A DNA stretch of 64,000 nt from an uncultured Planctomycetaceae bacterium (GTDB taxonomy: Bacteria; Planctomycetota; Planctomycetia; Planctomycetales; Planctomycetaceae), in the NCBI GenBank assembly GCA_963976765.1, contig CAXBME010000005.1, positions 62,001 to 126,000 on the forward strand, written 5' to 3'. Position 1 is the stretch's first letter. Each line of letters starts with the position of its first letter. Made by a program: the position numbers and the translations under genes. The notes beneath the pieces were generated by a model that searched no databases, had not been told where the DNA came from, and was given only the letters and a program-made list of their open reading frames with translations. This document shows positions 9,551 through 20,705 of this stretch, in pieces.

Positions 9551-12500
9551 ATGACATTGCTTAAAGAACTGATCGATATTCCCGAATACGTCGACAAGGG
9601 AAAGTTCGTCCTGAAGCTCACCGAAGGGGTGACTGATCCGAAGGAGACGGTGGGCACCTACGTGCCTACCGATCAGCTGGTGAAGTGCTTTGATGACGCT
9701 CTGAGCTTTGTGCGGGGCGCCATCGAGGGCCGGACCAGCAAGGCGACGTATCTGCACGGCAGCTTCGGGAGTGGTAAGAGCCACTTCATGGCCATGCTGC
9801 ATCTGATTCTGCAGGGCAACTCGGCGGCGAAGAGTGTTCCAGAACTGGCAGCCACCGTCACGAAGCACAACGCGTGGATCAACGGCCGGAAGTTTCTGCT
9901 CGTGCCGTATCACATGATCGGGGCGAACGATGTCGAGTCCGGCATCCTGGGCGGCTATGTCGACTACGTGCGTCGCGCGCATCCGGAAGCTCCGATTCCC
10001 GGTGTCTACGTCGCCGAAGGCATGTTCAAGGATGCCGAAAGCCTGCGAGATCGCATGGGGGATGACGCGTTCTTCGCTGCGTTGAACGGCTCGGTGGATG
10101 CGGAGAGCGGCTGGGGTGAGCTGGACGCTGGCTGGGACGCTGATCGATTCGGAGCGGCGATGCTGGCTCCACCGTTGCCGCCGGGGCAGGACATCAAAGA
10201 CCTGCCGGAAGCCGAGCGGAAGGAGTTCGAGGAACGCTCGCTGCTGATCGGGCAACTGATCAAGACGTTCTTCACGTCCTACGACACTCAGGCCGGCGGG
10301 CATGGCGAGGCGTTTCTGTCGCTGGACCAGGGGCTGTCTGTCATCAGCCAGCACGCGAAGACGCTCGGCTACGACGGGCTGATCCTGTTTCTGGACGAGC
10401 TGATTCTGTGGCTCGCCAGTCACGCGGCTGATCTGAAGTTTGTCCATCAGGAAGGACAGAAGCTGGCCAAGCTGGTGGAGGCTCAGTCGTCCGATCGGCC
10501 GGTGCCGATCATCAGCTTCATCGCCAGGCAGCGAGACCTCAGCGAGCTGATCGGTGACTCGGTGCCCGGTGCCGACCGCCTGAACTTCGGCGACGCACTC
10601 AAGCACTGGGAAGGCCGCTTTCACCGCATCACTCTGGAAGATCGCAACCTGCCGGCGATCGCTCAGAAACGAGTGCTCAAGCCGAACAACGATACGGCCC
10701 GGACGGAACTCGACGCCGCCTTTGAAAAGACCGTCAAGGTGCGGGAAGCCGTCATGAACACGCTGCTGACCAGCGACGGCGACCGCGACATGTTCCGCAA
10801 AGTGTATCCCTTCAGCCCGGCTCTCGTGCAGACACTGATCGCCGTGTCGAGCGTGCTGCAGCGGGAACGCACGGCGTTGAAAGTGATGATGCAGTTGCTG
10901 GTCGACCAGCGCGACACGCTGCAGGTCGGCGACCTGGTTCCGGTCGGCGACCTGTTTGATGCGGTCGCGCATGGGGAAGAAGCCTTCAGTCAGGAGATGG
11001 CCATTCATTTTGAGAATGCCTGCCGGCTGTATCATCAGAAGCTGCTGCCTGAACTCGAAAAGGGCGGAAGCCGTGAGTCGCTCGAAGCCCTGCCGTACGA
11101 CGACCCGAAACGCACGGCCTTCCGGAATAACGATCGACTGGTCAAGACACTGCTGCTGTCGGCACTGGTGCCGGAAGTGGAGTCGTTGCGAGGGCTGACT
11201 CCGGAACGTCTGGCAGCACTCAACCACGGCACAATCCGCACGCCGATCCCAGGCACCGAAGGCCGCGAGGTGCTGCGTCGCTGTCGCGAATGGGCAGCCA
11301 ACGTGAGTGCCATGCGGGTCGGCGATGAGAACAACCCGACGATCTCCGTGCAGCTGTCCGGTGTGGATACGGAGAGCATCCTGAGCAAGGCGGAAGGCGA
11401 GGACACACAGGGCAACCGCATTCGCCGCGTGAGGCAGATGCTGTTCGAGCAGCTCGATGTGTCCGGCGACGGCGAGTTCGAGCACTACCACGACATCCTG
11501 TGGAAGAACACGAAGCGCTCGTGCGTCGTCCTGTTTCGCAACATTCGTGAGTTGAGCGATCCCTCGTTCGAGAACAGCGACGAGGATGCCTGGAAGCTGG
11601 TGATCGACTTCCCCTTTGATGAAGCGGGACACGGTCCGAAGTCGGACATCGCCAAGTTGCAGCAGTTCAAGAAGTCGCACCCGAATGGGGCCAAGACGCT
11701 GTGCTGGATTCCGCAGTTCTTCAGCGACGCGTCGCTTGAGGACCTCGGCAAGCTGGTCCGCCTGGAACATATCCTGATGGGCGAGCGGTTCAGTCAGTAC
11801 GCCAGCCATCTGTCGCCACAGGACCGGCTGGCGGCGAAGTCGCAACTGGAAAACCAGCGCAGCATGTTGACTCAGCGAGTGCAGAATCATCTGGACGCTG
11901 CGTACGGACTGGATTCAATCACCGACGGAGCGCTCGACGAGACGAATCAGCTGGAGCCGGAAGAGCAGTTCGTGTCACTGTGGAACGGCTTCGAGCCGCA
12001 CCCTCCCGTTGCTGCGAATCTGCGACAGGCAATGACGCACCTGCTGAATCAGGCACTCGACAGCGAGTTTCCCGCCGCGCCGGCCTTCGAGACCGAGATT
12101 CGTGGCAACGTCCTGAAGAAGGTCTACGAGGTCGTCTATGAGGCCACTCGGGCGGCGGACGGTCGCGTGCTGGTGGACAAGACACAGCGGGTTCTGATTG
12201 CCAGTGTGGTGAATCCGTTGCTGCTGGGTGAGATGGCTCACGACACGACGCACTTCGTCCTCGGGCAGCACTGGAAGAACCACTTTACGCGTAAGGCGAC
12301 AGAGAGTGGCGGAACGTTGACCGTCGAGAAACTGCGGGAGTGGATTGACCAGCCGCGAGCAATGGGGCTGCCGACGGAGGCTCAGAATCTGGTCATCCTG
12401 ATCTTCGCCGAGCAGACCAATCGCACCTTCACACGTCACAGTACGGTCTGGGATGTGTCGCTCTCGAATCTGCCTGACGACTGCGAACTTCGCGAACAGC

Positions 12501-13300
12501 GGTTCCCGCCGGAAGAAGACTGGAAGATCGCTGTCGACCGAGCAGGAAGCATCTTCGGTTTCGCAGCCTCGCCACTGCTGAAAGCAGCCAACGTGGTCGC
12601 CTTGTCCGCGACGATCAGGAAGCAGAGTGCCGAACGCCGCGAGGCGTGTCAGAAGTATTGTCTTGTGCTGAAGGAGCGGCTGGAGCAGTTCAGTTGTGAT
12701 CCCGGAACCGCCGACCGCATGCAGACCGCTTCGGCCTGTCTGTCGCTGGTCGAGCGACTCCACAAAGCCGATGGTGACGACGTCGTATCCGAAATGGCCG
12801 CTGCCGATGTGGCAACGAGTGAATCCGCGATGGGTGAATGCCTCAACAGTGCGTCGCAGTGGACCAGCACACTCGAAGCAACGAACTGGGACATCTTTGC
12901 CTCGATCCGAAAACTCCCGGCAAGCCATCAGTCACGTGTTGAGTCAATCTGCAGCAGCGTCGGTGACGGGCTCGTCAGCGACGAGCACGCCGTCGCACTC
13001 GGCCCGGTCCTGAAGGAAGCTCAGGCCCAGGCTCTGCGGCTGATTACGGAAGCAGCCGGGCAACAGCCACAGCCAGGACAACCGGTTGATGGAGGTGGGG
13101 CGCGCGAGGGAGCAGGAGAGGCTCCACAGGTACGTCAGCCGGAACCGCGACAAGGGGCTCGTGTAGTCGAGCAGGATTCCGCGTCCGACCTTGATCTGAA
13201 GACAGCCACGGAGCTTCTGGACCAGCTGACGTCGAAGACTTCCGAGCAGCGGCAGATCAAACTCAATATCAGCTGGACGATCGTGGAAGGGGGTAAGTAA
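9551..13300 (+). CDS. pglY: BREX-2 ATPase PglY
   Basis: HGSFGSGKSH Walker A, LFLDE Walker B, position in locus. Confidence 0.9.
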   Translation: MTLLKELIDIPEYVDKGKFVLKLTEGVTDPKETVGTYVPTDQLVKCFDDALSFVRGAIEGRTSKATYLHGSFGSGKSHFMAMLHLILQGNSAAKSVPELAATVTKHNAWINGRKFLLVPYHMIGANDVESGILGGYVDYVRRAHPEAPIPGVYVAEGMFKDAESLRDRMGDDAFFAALNGSVDAESGWGELDAGWDADRFGAAMLAPPLPPGQDIKDLPEAERKEFEERSLLIGQLIKTFFTSYDTQAGGHGEAFLSLDQGLSVISQHAKTLGYDGLILFLDELILWLASHAADLKFVHQEGQKLAKLVEAQSSDRPVPIISFIARQRDLSELIGDSVPGADRLNFGDALKHWEGRFHRITLEDRNLPAIAQKRVLKPNNDTARTELDAAFEKTVKVREAVMNTLLTSDGDRDMFRKVYPFSPALVQTLIAVSSVLQRERTALKVMMQLLVDQRDTLQVGDLVPVGDLFDAVAHGEEAFSQEMAIHFENACRLYHQKLLPELEKGGSRESLEALPYDDPKRTAFRNNDRLVKTLLLSALVPEVESLRGLTPERLAALNHGTIRTPIPGTEGREVLRRCREWAANVSAMRVGDENNPTISVQLSGVDTESILSKAEGEDTQGNRIRRVRQMLFEQLDVSGDGEFEHYHDILWKNTKRSCVVLFRNIRELSDPSFENSDEDAWKLVIDFPFDEAGHGPKSDIAKLQQFKKSHPNGAKTLCWIPQFFSDASLEDLGKLVRLEHILMGERFSQYASHLSPQDRLAAKSQLENQRSMLTQRVQNHLDAAYGLDSITDGALDETNQLEPEEQFVSLWNGFEPHPPVAANLRQAMTHLLNQALDSEFPAAPAFETEIRGNVLKKVYEVVYEATRAADGRVLVDKTQRVLIASVVNPLLLGEMAHDTTHFVLGQHWKNHFTRKATESGGTLTVEKLREWIDQPRAMGLPTEAQNLVILIFAEQTNRTFTRHSTVWDVSLSNLPDDCELREQRFPPEEDWKIAVDRAGSIFGFAASPLLKAANVVALSATIRKQSAERREACQKYCLVLKERLEQFSCDPGTADRMQTASACLSLVERLHKADGDDVVSEMAAADVATSESAMGECLNSASQWTSTLEATNWDIFASIRKLPASHQSRVESICSSVGDGLVSDEHAVALGPVLKEAQAQALRLITEAAGQQPQPGQPVDGGGAREGAGEAPQVRQPEPRQGARVVEQDSASDLDLKTATELLDQLTSKTSEQRQIKLNISWTIVEGGK

Positions 13301-13302
13301 GC

Positions 13303-16050
13303 GTGACTACGACCGCCCCCACTTTCAGCCAGATCAAGGCGCAGATCGCTGCCGTGCGACGCAAGATTCCGCACGCCCGCACAATCGCCATCCGCACTCC
13401 GGAACGGTGGTCCGGCGAGCAGCACTATCAGGACGGCGGCGAGCAGTTCGCGATTTATCAATGCGATTCGCCGCTGGCCATGCGGATCGCTCTGCGAGAG
13501 AGGAACGATGACGATGTCACCAAAGTGCTCGTCACGCCGCTGGAAGACCTGGAGGTGGGGCAGGACATCCTGATGCGGCTGCAGCCGCGCAAGATCGTCT
13601 CGCTGGACGGCTGGCAGATCGTCAAGGCTCTCTTTCAGGCACGGGCGATCGACCCTCGGCTGACTCAGCATCGCTGGATTGCGGACAGACTCATCGAGCA
13701 GGTGCCTCCCGAAGGTTTTGCTCCTGTCCCCGGCGGGTTTCTGGATGCCGAAACCGCCTGGCCAATCCTGCTGGGCCGGACGATCGGACTGAAGACTCCG
13801 TCTCCGGATTTGGTCTCGCTGCTGAAGTGGTCGCTCAATGCCGACAATGTCACGCGATACTGCGCGTGTCCTGAGCAGTTCCAGAACGTCGCGTCGGAAT
13901 GGCTGGAAGGCCTCGCCGGACCCTCCGCCGGTGTGATCCTGAAATGTCTGCGTTCTCTGAAACGTCCGGATGCCGTTCCCGTCGGGATCGCGGCAGGCGT
14001 CGTGTTTCACTCCAGCGCTGGAAGTGAACTTCAGAAAGCTGCCGGCAGATTTGAAATGCAATGCTTCGGTGGTAGTTCGCTGCCCGAGCATGTCATCGCA
14101 ACATGGTGCGCAGCGGCGATTGAGGTGGTTCGCACGGGGCTGACCGATACCCGGTCACGAGAGCAGATCGTGGCCCGGGTCGACGGGATTCTGGAAGACG
14201 TGGGTGCAGCGGCTTTCGCCAGGCTCAGCGACACATCGCGGCTGGGGTTCGAACAGCGGATCGCGACGTTCGGTCAACGTCTTGAAGAAGCTCTGAACTC
14301 GCCGCTGGATCACATCCCCGACGTGCTGACGACCGCTTATGAAGCAGTCCTTGCTCATGATCGCAGTCAGCGTGAACAACGCCGCATCGAGCGACTCAAC
14401 ATGGCAGTGAGACTCGTTCGCTGGCTGTGCAATCGGCAGAAGTCCGGAGCGGGTGCGTCACCGACGTCTCTGGCGAACGCCGCGAATGAGTATCTGCAGG
14501 ACGGTGGCTTTGTGGACTGGGCTCGATTGAGCCTACAGGGCTCGGAGCCCGAACGGCAGTTGTCGACCGCCTATGCAAAGCTCTTCGAAGTCGTCACGGC
14601 GATCTGCGAGGAGAAGTCGCAGGCGTTTGCGAAACTGCTGACCGACTGGAGCCGGGCCGCGAAGGCCGACCAGTCGATCGTGCCGGTGGAAGAGGTTCTG
14701 GATCGGATTGTCGCGCCCATCGCGTCCAGCCAGCCGGTACTCGTGATCGTGCTGGATGGCATGAGTGTCGCTGTGTTCCGGGAGTTGATGGCCGACATCC
14801 TCGGGCACGAGTGGGCGTTGCTCGCCGATGGTCAGGCTGGAATGCAGCCGGGACTCGCGACGATCCCCAGCCTGACGGAGGTTTCCCGGTCGAGTCTGCT
14901 GTGCGGCCGCCTGGCCCAGGGCAATCAGACGACCGAGCGAACGGGATTCGCCGAACATCCGGCACTGCTCGCCACCTGTCGGGCCAAGAACCCGCCCGAG
15001 CTGTTTCACAAGAAGGCACTCATGGACGCCGACGATGCGAGTCTCGCGTCAGACATTCGCGACGCGATCGGCAACAGCCATAAGAAAGTGGTGGGGGTTG
15101 TGGTCAACGCGATCGACGATCACCTGTCGAAAGGCGACCAGCTGGGAACACGCTGGACTCGCGACGAAATCAAGGTGCTCCCGGTCCTGCTACACGAGGC
15201 TCGACTGGCGCGACGGACGGTCGTCCTGCTGAGTGACCACGGGCACATCCTCGACAGCGGCACGACTCAGTCCCAGAACGCCGGCAGTCATCGCTGGCGT
15301 ATGGCCGACGACGAGCCCCAGGCGGCAGAAGTCCGCATCTCCGGCCCGCGAGTACAGATTCCGGCCTCGTCAGGACTGGATGCCGGCGGTCACGCCGTGA
15401 TCGTCCCGTGGTCCGAAAAACTGCGATACGCGTCCAAGGCGAACGGTTACCACGGAGGCGTCAACCTGCAGGAGATGGTCGTCCCGATCGCCGTGCTGTC
15501 TGCCAATGCCGAATACCCCAAGGGCTGGGACGAGGCACTGACAAGCGAACCTGACTGGTGGAACGAAGAGATCGCTGAAGTAGAAGTTGACGAGCCGGCT
15601 CTTGTCGTCCGGAAGCCAGCGAGGAAGAAACCACCCGGTCGCCTGTTCGCGATTGATGACGTGGATGAGCCCGAAGTTTCACCGGAAGCGGCTGCCACAT
15701 CGGCTCAGGCTGGGGCACCAGCTCCTGCGGCTGACTGGATCGTGGCGTTGCTGGAGTCGTCAGTCTTCGCCGAGCAGAAGCGTTTTGCGGGTCGTTCGGT
15801 TCCTCAGGACGAGGTGTTCGTGCAACTGCTGAAGTCGTTGAGCAGTCGTGGCGGCAAGCTGACCACGTCGGCACTGTGCAAAGTGATGAACTGGCCCCGG
15901 ATGCGGTTGCCGGGATTACTGGCCGTTGTGCAGCGTGTGCTGAACGTGGACGGCTACGACGTACTCAAGCGGGACGACACCTCAGATACTGTTGAACTGG
16001 ACCGCGACCTGCTGCGTCGCCAGTTTGATATTGGTCAGGAGCAGGCATGA
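13303..16050 (+). CDS. pglZ: BREX-2 PglZ alkaline-phosphatase-domain protein
   Basis: VLDGMS, PSLTEVSR, SDHGH, YHGG motifs. Confidence 0.92.
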   Translation: MTTTAPTFSQIKAQIAAVRRKIPHARTIAIRTPERWSGEQHYQDGGEQFAIYQCDSPLAMRIALRERNDDDVTKVLVTPLEDLEVGQDILMRLQPRKIVSLDGWQIVKALFQARAIDPRLTQHRWIADRLIEQVPPEGFAPVPGGFLDAETAWPILLGRTIGLKTPSPDLVSLLKWSLNADNVTRYCACPEQFQNVASEWLEGLAGPSAGVILKCLRSLKRPDAVPVGIAAGVVFHSSAGSELQKAAGRFEMQCFGGSSLPEHVIATWCAAAIEVVRTGLTDTRSREQIVARVDGILEDVGAAAFARLSDTSRLGFEQRIATFGQRLEEALNSPLDHIPDVLTTAYEAVLAHDRSQREQRRIERLNMAVRLVRWLCNRQKSGAGASPTSLANAANEYLQDGGFVDWARLSLQGSEPERQLSTAYAKLFEVVTAICEEKSQAFAKLLTDWSRAAKADQSIVPVEEVLDRIVAPIASSQPVLVIVLDGMSVAVFRELMADILGHEWALLADGQAGMQPGLATIPSLTEVSRSSLLCGRLAQGNQTTERTGFAEHPALLATCRAKNPPELFHKKALMDADDASLASDIRDAIGNSHKKVVGVVVNAIDDHLSKGDQLGTRWTRDEIKVLPVLLHEARLARRTVVLLSDHGHILDSGTTQSQNAGSHRWRMADDEPQAAEVRISGPRVQIPASSGLDAGGHAVIVPWSEKLRYASKANGYHGGVNLQEMVVPIAVLSANAEYPKGWDEALTSEPDWWNEEIAEVEVDEPALVVRKPARKKPPGRLFAIDDVDEPEVSPEAAATSAQAGAPAPAADWIVALLESSVFAEQKRFAGRSVPQDEVFVQLLKSLSSRGGKLTTSALCKVMNWPRMRLPGLLAVVQRVLNVDGYDVLKRDDTSDTVELDRDLLRRQFDIGQEQA

Positions 16051-17366
16051 GTATCAGCCCACAACGCCGACAGGAGATCATCGACGCCCTGCGTCGCGGC
16101 ACGGTTCCACGGAACAGCCTCGATGCGTTCGCCGTCGGACTGGGTCGTTTTGAAGAGGTTCTGCACGAAGAACTCCAACGAGTCGGTACAGGCAGCGGCC
16201 TCTTCAAAGCCGTGCGAGGTGAGTACGGCTGCGGCAAGACGTTCTTTGCCCGCTGGCTGGCGGACACCGCCAGGAAGCTGGGTTTCGCGACGTCTGAAAT
16301 TCAGGTCTCCGAAACCGAGACACCACTGCATCGCCTGGAAACTGTCTACCGGCGTCTGACCGAGCGACTCGCCACGGCCGACACTCCTCAGGGAGCCTTA
16401 CGAAACATCATTGACGGCTGGTTCTTCACACTCGAAGAAGACGTGCTGGCCGAGGGCACGATCGATCCGAACGATGCCGCTGCCCTGCTGGAACGCACGG
16501 GTGAACTGCTCGAACAGCGACTCGCGAAAGTCAGCAGTGCCGCCCCGACATTCAGTGCGGCGCTGCGCGGCTATCGCCAGGCTCAGGCCGAAGACAACCA
16601 GACGGTCGCCGATGGCATACTCGCCTGGCTGTCAGGTCAGCCCAACGTGGCAGCCGCTGCGAAACGCTACGCGGGGGTGAAAGGCGACATCGATCATTTT
16701 GGTGCCATGAACTTTCTGCAGGGCATTCTGGCAGTCCTGCGAGACTCCGGGCAGCCGGGCATGCTGGTCGTGCTGGACGAGGTGGAAACGATCCAGCGCG
16801 TTCGCAGCGATGTGCGGGACAAGAGCCTGAACGCCCTGCGGCAACTCATCGATGAGGTCGACTCGGGCCGTTTCCCCGGCCTCTACCTGCTGATCACCGG
16901 CACGCCGGCGTTCTTCGACGGGCCACAGGGCATCAGTCGCCTGGAACCGCTGGCACAACGTCTGCATGCGGACTTCGTGACGGACGCCCGCTTCGACAAC
17001 CCGCGAGCCGTGCAGATTCGACTGCCCGCCTTCGACCTCAACCGACTGTGCCTGGTCGGGTGCCGCGTGCGAGACATCTATCAGCAGCATACAGCCGCCG
17101 GAGCACGGATCGCTCAGCACTGCTCGGACGAGTACGTCCGGCAGCTCGCCGAAGCGGTCACGGGAAAACTCGGCGGCAAAGTTGGAATTGCTCCCCGCAT
17201 CTTCCTGAAGAAGCTGGTGGGCGACGTGCTCGATCGAGTGGATCAGTTCGAAGAATTCGATCCCCGCCGTGACTACTCACTGACAATTTCCGAGACCGAG
17301 CTGACCCCCGTCGAACGCCAGGCGTCCGGAGCAGCCAGCGTGGATGACATCGAGCTGGACCTGTGA
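16047..17366 (+). CDS. brxD: BREX ATP-binding protein BrxD
   Basis: ALRRGTVP, GEYGCGKT, LDEVE; follows pglZ. Confidence 0.92.
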   Translation: MSISPQRRQEIIDALRRGTVPRNSLDAFAVGLGRFEEVLHEELQRVGTGSGLFKAVRGEYGCGKTFFARWLADTARKLGFATSEIQVSETETPLHRLETVYRRLTERLATADTPQGALRNIIDGWFFTLEEDVLAEGTIDPNDAAALLERTGELLEQRLAKVSSAAPTFSAALRGYRQAQAEDNQTVADGILAWLSGQPNVAAAAKRYAGVKGDIDHFGAMNFLQGILAVLRDSGQPGMLVVLDEVETIQRVRSDVRDKSLNALRQLIDEVDSGRFPGLYLLITGTPAFFDGPQGISRLEPLAQRLHADFVTDARFDNPRAVQIRLPAFDLNRLCLVGCRVRDIYQQHTAAGARIAQHCSDEYVRQLAEAVTGKLGGKVGIAPRIFLKKLVGDVLDRVDQFEEFDPRRDYSLTISETELTPVERQASGAASVDDIELDL

Positions 17367-17421
17367 GGTAACACACTTTCACGTCCCGTGGTAACGAAGT
17401 GATTCGGGAGAAGGAGAAGAC

Positions 17422-18183
17422 ATGCAGCGAATCCTTGATATCGATCTGGATGTGTTTGTCACACCAATTGGCACAATTCACGCCGATAATCGACTTAGCG
17501 ACGACAATTATTCGGTCTTCTCGCGTGACCAGGTTCGAACGTTTCTAGAGGGCCAATGTGGGCTTAGGCGAGACTCGCCAACACCGGGAAAGATTTTCGA
17601 GGAACACGATGAAGTTTTTGACCACGTAAAGCACCTTATAGATAACGGGCAATTGAAAACTCCGTTCGAACTGGTGCATGTCGATGCTCACGCCGATATG
17701 GGTGCTGGCCAATGGCTTCCATACGAGTACCTATTTACCGACTTGATGCGTCGTCCAGTGAGCGAACGACAATCCCCTACGCGCGGCGATGCCGGATTAA
17801 ATCGAGGCACCTTTGTTCTGTTTCTCGCAGCTTGCGAGTGGCTGGGGGCGATCCACTATGTTCACCATCCCGACGAAGATATGGACTTCTCCGAAGTGCT
17901 TCTTTCGTTTGACCTCGAAGCCGACCAATTGTTGTTTCAGATACCGTCTTGCACGAGTGAACAATTTGCGAGGTGGAGACCGCCATTCACGGCAGCTGCC
18001 CGCCCAGCCGACTGGCAATTGGGAACGCTAATCCCTTTGAACCTCACACCGCGCGATCAATTCTCCGCAACAGACTACGACTTCGCATTCCTGACAAGGT
18101 CACCTGGATTTACACCGCCTGCAGCTGACCCTTTGTTCGAGCTTATATCTGAGTATGTCTTATGCTCAGAGGGGGCGGAATGA
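17422..18183 (+). CDS. UPF0489-like protein (arginase/deacetylase-like metal motifs)
   Basis: ILDIDLD, EHDE, HVDAHAD, TRSPGFTP; more AT-rich than flanks. Confidence 0.65.
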   Translation: MQRILDIDLDVFVTPIGTIHADNRLSDDNYSVFSRDQVRTFLEGQCGLRRDSPTPGKIFEEHDEVFDHVKHLIDNGQLKTPFELVHVDAHADMGAGQWLPYEYLFTDLMRRPVSERQSPTRGDAGLNRGTFVLFLAACEWLGAIHYVHHPDEDMDFSEVLLSFDLEADQLLFQIPSCTSEQFARWRPPFTAAARPADWQLGTLIPLNLTPRDQFSATDYDFAFLTRSPGFTPPAADPLFELISEYVLCSEGAE

Positions 18184-18228
18184 ACGCGTATTACATCCCC
18201 GGTCTAGAACACTACTTGAGAATTGTTG

Positions 18229-20367
18229 ATGACTGGTTTTGACCAATTGCATCCCGCCCTGCAGCACCACATCGTCAACAGCCTCGGCTGGCGTGAGCTG
18301 CGACCGTTTCAGGATGCCGTCATCCCGCAGGTGCTCGACGGCAAGCACCTGATCGTGCTCGCACCGACGGCTGGCGGTAAGACGGAAGCGGCGTTCTTTC
18401 CGGTTATGTCGCGAGCGTTGTCCGAAGGCTGGTCTGGCCTGAGCATGCTCTACATCTGCCCGATCAAGGCGCTGCTCAACAATCTGGACTTCCGCCTGCA
18501 GCGCTACACCACGCTGCTGGGGCGACAGTCGGCGGTCTGGCACGGGGACATCAAGCCATCGGCCCGCAAGCGAATTCTGCGCGAGCCGCCCGACTGCCTG
18601 CTGACGACGCCCGAGTCGCTGGAAGTCATGCTGGACTCTCCCAACGTGGATGACCGGCGGCTGTTCGCCAACCTGCAGGTCGTCATCATCGACGAAATTC
18701 ACGCCTTCGCCGGTGACGACCGTGGCTGGCATCTGCTGGCCGTGCTGGAACGCATCAGCCGCTTGGCGGGACGCGAACTGCAGCGAATCGGGCTGTCGGC
18801 CACAGTCGGGAATCCCGAGATGCTCGCCGACTGGCTGGCAGGATCGTGCAAGGGGACGCGTGATGTGTTTCTGCCGGCTGACTCAGGACCGGGCGAAGCG
18901 GACGTGACGCTCGATTACGTCGCATCGCTGCAGAACGCCGCCGTGGTGATCAGTCGCCTGCATCGCGGCGAGAAGCGGCTCGTCTTCATGGACAGCCGAG
19001 CCCGCGCCGAACAGCTTGGGACCGAACTGCGAAGTCTCAGCGTGCGGACGTACGTGACGCACAGCTCGCTCAGCCCGGAACAACGCAGGCAGGCGGAAGA
19101 AGCCTTCGCGACGCAGGACGACTGCGTCATCGTCGCCACCAGTGTGCTCGAACTGGGCATCGACGTCGGTGACCTGGACCGGGTCATCCAGATCGACGCT
19201 CCCGGCACGGTCGCCAGCTTTCTGCAGCGTATGGGTCGCACGGGACGTCGAGCGGGCAGTCCTCGCAACTGCCTGTTTCTGGCCACGCGAGACGAGTCGC
19301 TGATTCAGGCGGCCGGCCTGATCGACCTGTGGCAGACCGGCTTTGTCGAGCCCATCGTTCCGCCACCGCATCCCTGTCACATCGTCGCTCAGCAGTTGAT
19401 GGCGTTGACGCTGCAGGAAGGGGGCATTGGACGACGGGACTGGTTCCGCTGGATCGAGGGAGTGTCTGGTTTCGCGGCCATCCCGCCGGAGCAGATCGAG
19501 CGGATCGTGGATGGGATGCTGGCCAGCGATATCCTCTGGGATGAAGACGGCATCCTCGGCATGGGCCGCGAAGGCGAAGACACTTTCGGTCGCCAGCACT
19601 TTCTGGAGCTGTTCTCGGTCTTCATGTCGCCGCCCCTGTTCGCGATCCGGCACGGACGAGCAGACCTCGGCTTCGTGGACGAGATGACGTTCCTGAGCCG
19701 CCAGGAGGGAGCACGAGTCCTGCTGCTGGGTGGTCGAGCCTGGCAGGTGACACACATCGACTGGCAGCGCAAGGTCGCGTTCGTCGAGCCCAGCGAACAG
19801 AAAGGACGCTCCCGCTGGTTAGGAACCGCGCCCGGCCTGGGGTTTCATCTGTGTCAGGCGATCCAGCGAGTGCTCGCATCTGACGAGCCCCAGACTTGCT
19901 GGTCGCAACGAGCGATCGACCGCCTGACAGAACTTCGTGCCGGCTACTCGTGGCTGGTTCCTGCGGCGTCGTCTTCAAGTGATGAGTCAGCCTCAAACGT
20001 CCCGGTCATCCTCCAGGAGGCGGACGACAGCGTCTCCTGGTGGACGTTCAGCGGGTCTGGTGGCAACGCGACCGTCGCGGCCGAGTTGGCAAAGCTGCTG
20101 CAGAGCCGCGTGGACCACGACTGCTTCAAACTCGACTTCGAGTCGTATGTGACGACCGAGCAACTAACTGCCGCCATTCAACAGCTCAAGGAAGTCCCTT
20201 CGAAGCAGCTGCGACCCACTATCGACGATGAAGCCATCACCGCCCTGAAGTTTTCCGAGTGCATCCCGCTCGACCTCGCAGTGGACATGCTGGCCCGGCG
20301 TCTTCACGACGAAGAAGCAACAGACTTTTTAACCCGTGCCACCGCTCGCACCGTCATCCTGCACTGA
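18229..20367 (+). CDS. brxHI: BREX-2 Lhr-like DEAD/DEAH helicase BrxHI
   Basis: APTAGGKT, DEIH, SAT, LELGIDVG, QRMGRTGR. Confidence 0.88.
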   Translation: MTGFDQLHPALQHHIVNSLGWRELRPFQDAVIPQVLDGKHLIVLAPTAGGKTEAAFFPVMSRALSEGWSGLSMLYICPIKALLNNLDFRLQRYTTLLGRQSAVWHGDIKPSARKRILREPPDCLLTTPESLEVMLDSPNVDDRRLFANLQVVIIDEIHAFAGDDRGWHLLAVLERISRLAGRELQRIGLSATVGNPEMLADWLAGSCKGTRDVFLPADSGPGEADVTLDYVASLQNAAVVISRLHRGEKRLVFMDSRARAEQLGTELRSLSVRTYVTHSSLSPEQRRQAEEAFATQDDCVIVATSVLELGIDVGDLDRVIQIDAPGTVASFLQRMGRTGRRAGSPRNCLFLATRDESLIQAAGLIDLWQTGFVEPIVPPPHPCHIVAQQLMALTLQEGGIGRRDWFRWIEGVSGFAAIPPEQIERIVDGMLASDILWDEDGILGMGREGEDTFGRQHFLELFSVFMSPPLFAIRHGRADLGFVDEMTFLSRQEGARVLLLGGRAWQVTHIDWQRKVAFVEPSEQKGRSRWLGTAPGLGFHLCQAIQRVLASDEPQTCWSQRAIDRLTELRAGYSWLVPAASSSSDESASNVPVILQEADDSVSWWTFSGSGGNATVAAELAKLLQSRVDHDCFKLDFESYVTTEQLTAAIQQLKEVPSKQLRPTIDDEAITALKFSECIPLDLAVDMLARRLHDEEATDFLTRATARTVILH

Positions 20368-20705
20368 CCGTCCATCACTCCAAAGGCGTGCAGGCATACA
20401 GCTCCGACGTGCGACGAAAGTCGGTCATCACAACTGGAATGTTGCAAGTGTATAGACGGCGTGCTGCCGTGTGAGTCGTTGTCAGGGCGGTCGAGCATGG
20501 GACCCGGCGGAAAAACGCGAAGGCCACTCGTCCAGGGATCGCATGTGTCGGCAAGGCGTCTTCCATCGTCAATTCTCATAATCTTTGAGTTCAGCGCGAA
20601 CAATTCGGGCCTGTCGCGCATCTAAACCCCGCAAGCACGGCGAAGTCACTCGACACCGTCGCATTCACAAGTCAGCAGACAACCAATAATCCGGGAACAA
20701 GCGAG

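Noticed and set aside
9416..11890. 824-aa minus-strand ORF
   Set aside because: Antisense shadow of pglY in high-GC DNA, no motifs
20375..20621. Short minus-strand ORFs between brxHI and the leader
   Set aside because: No recognisable motif; likely promoter region of the array
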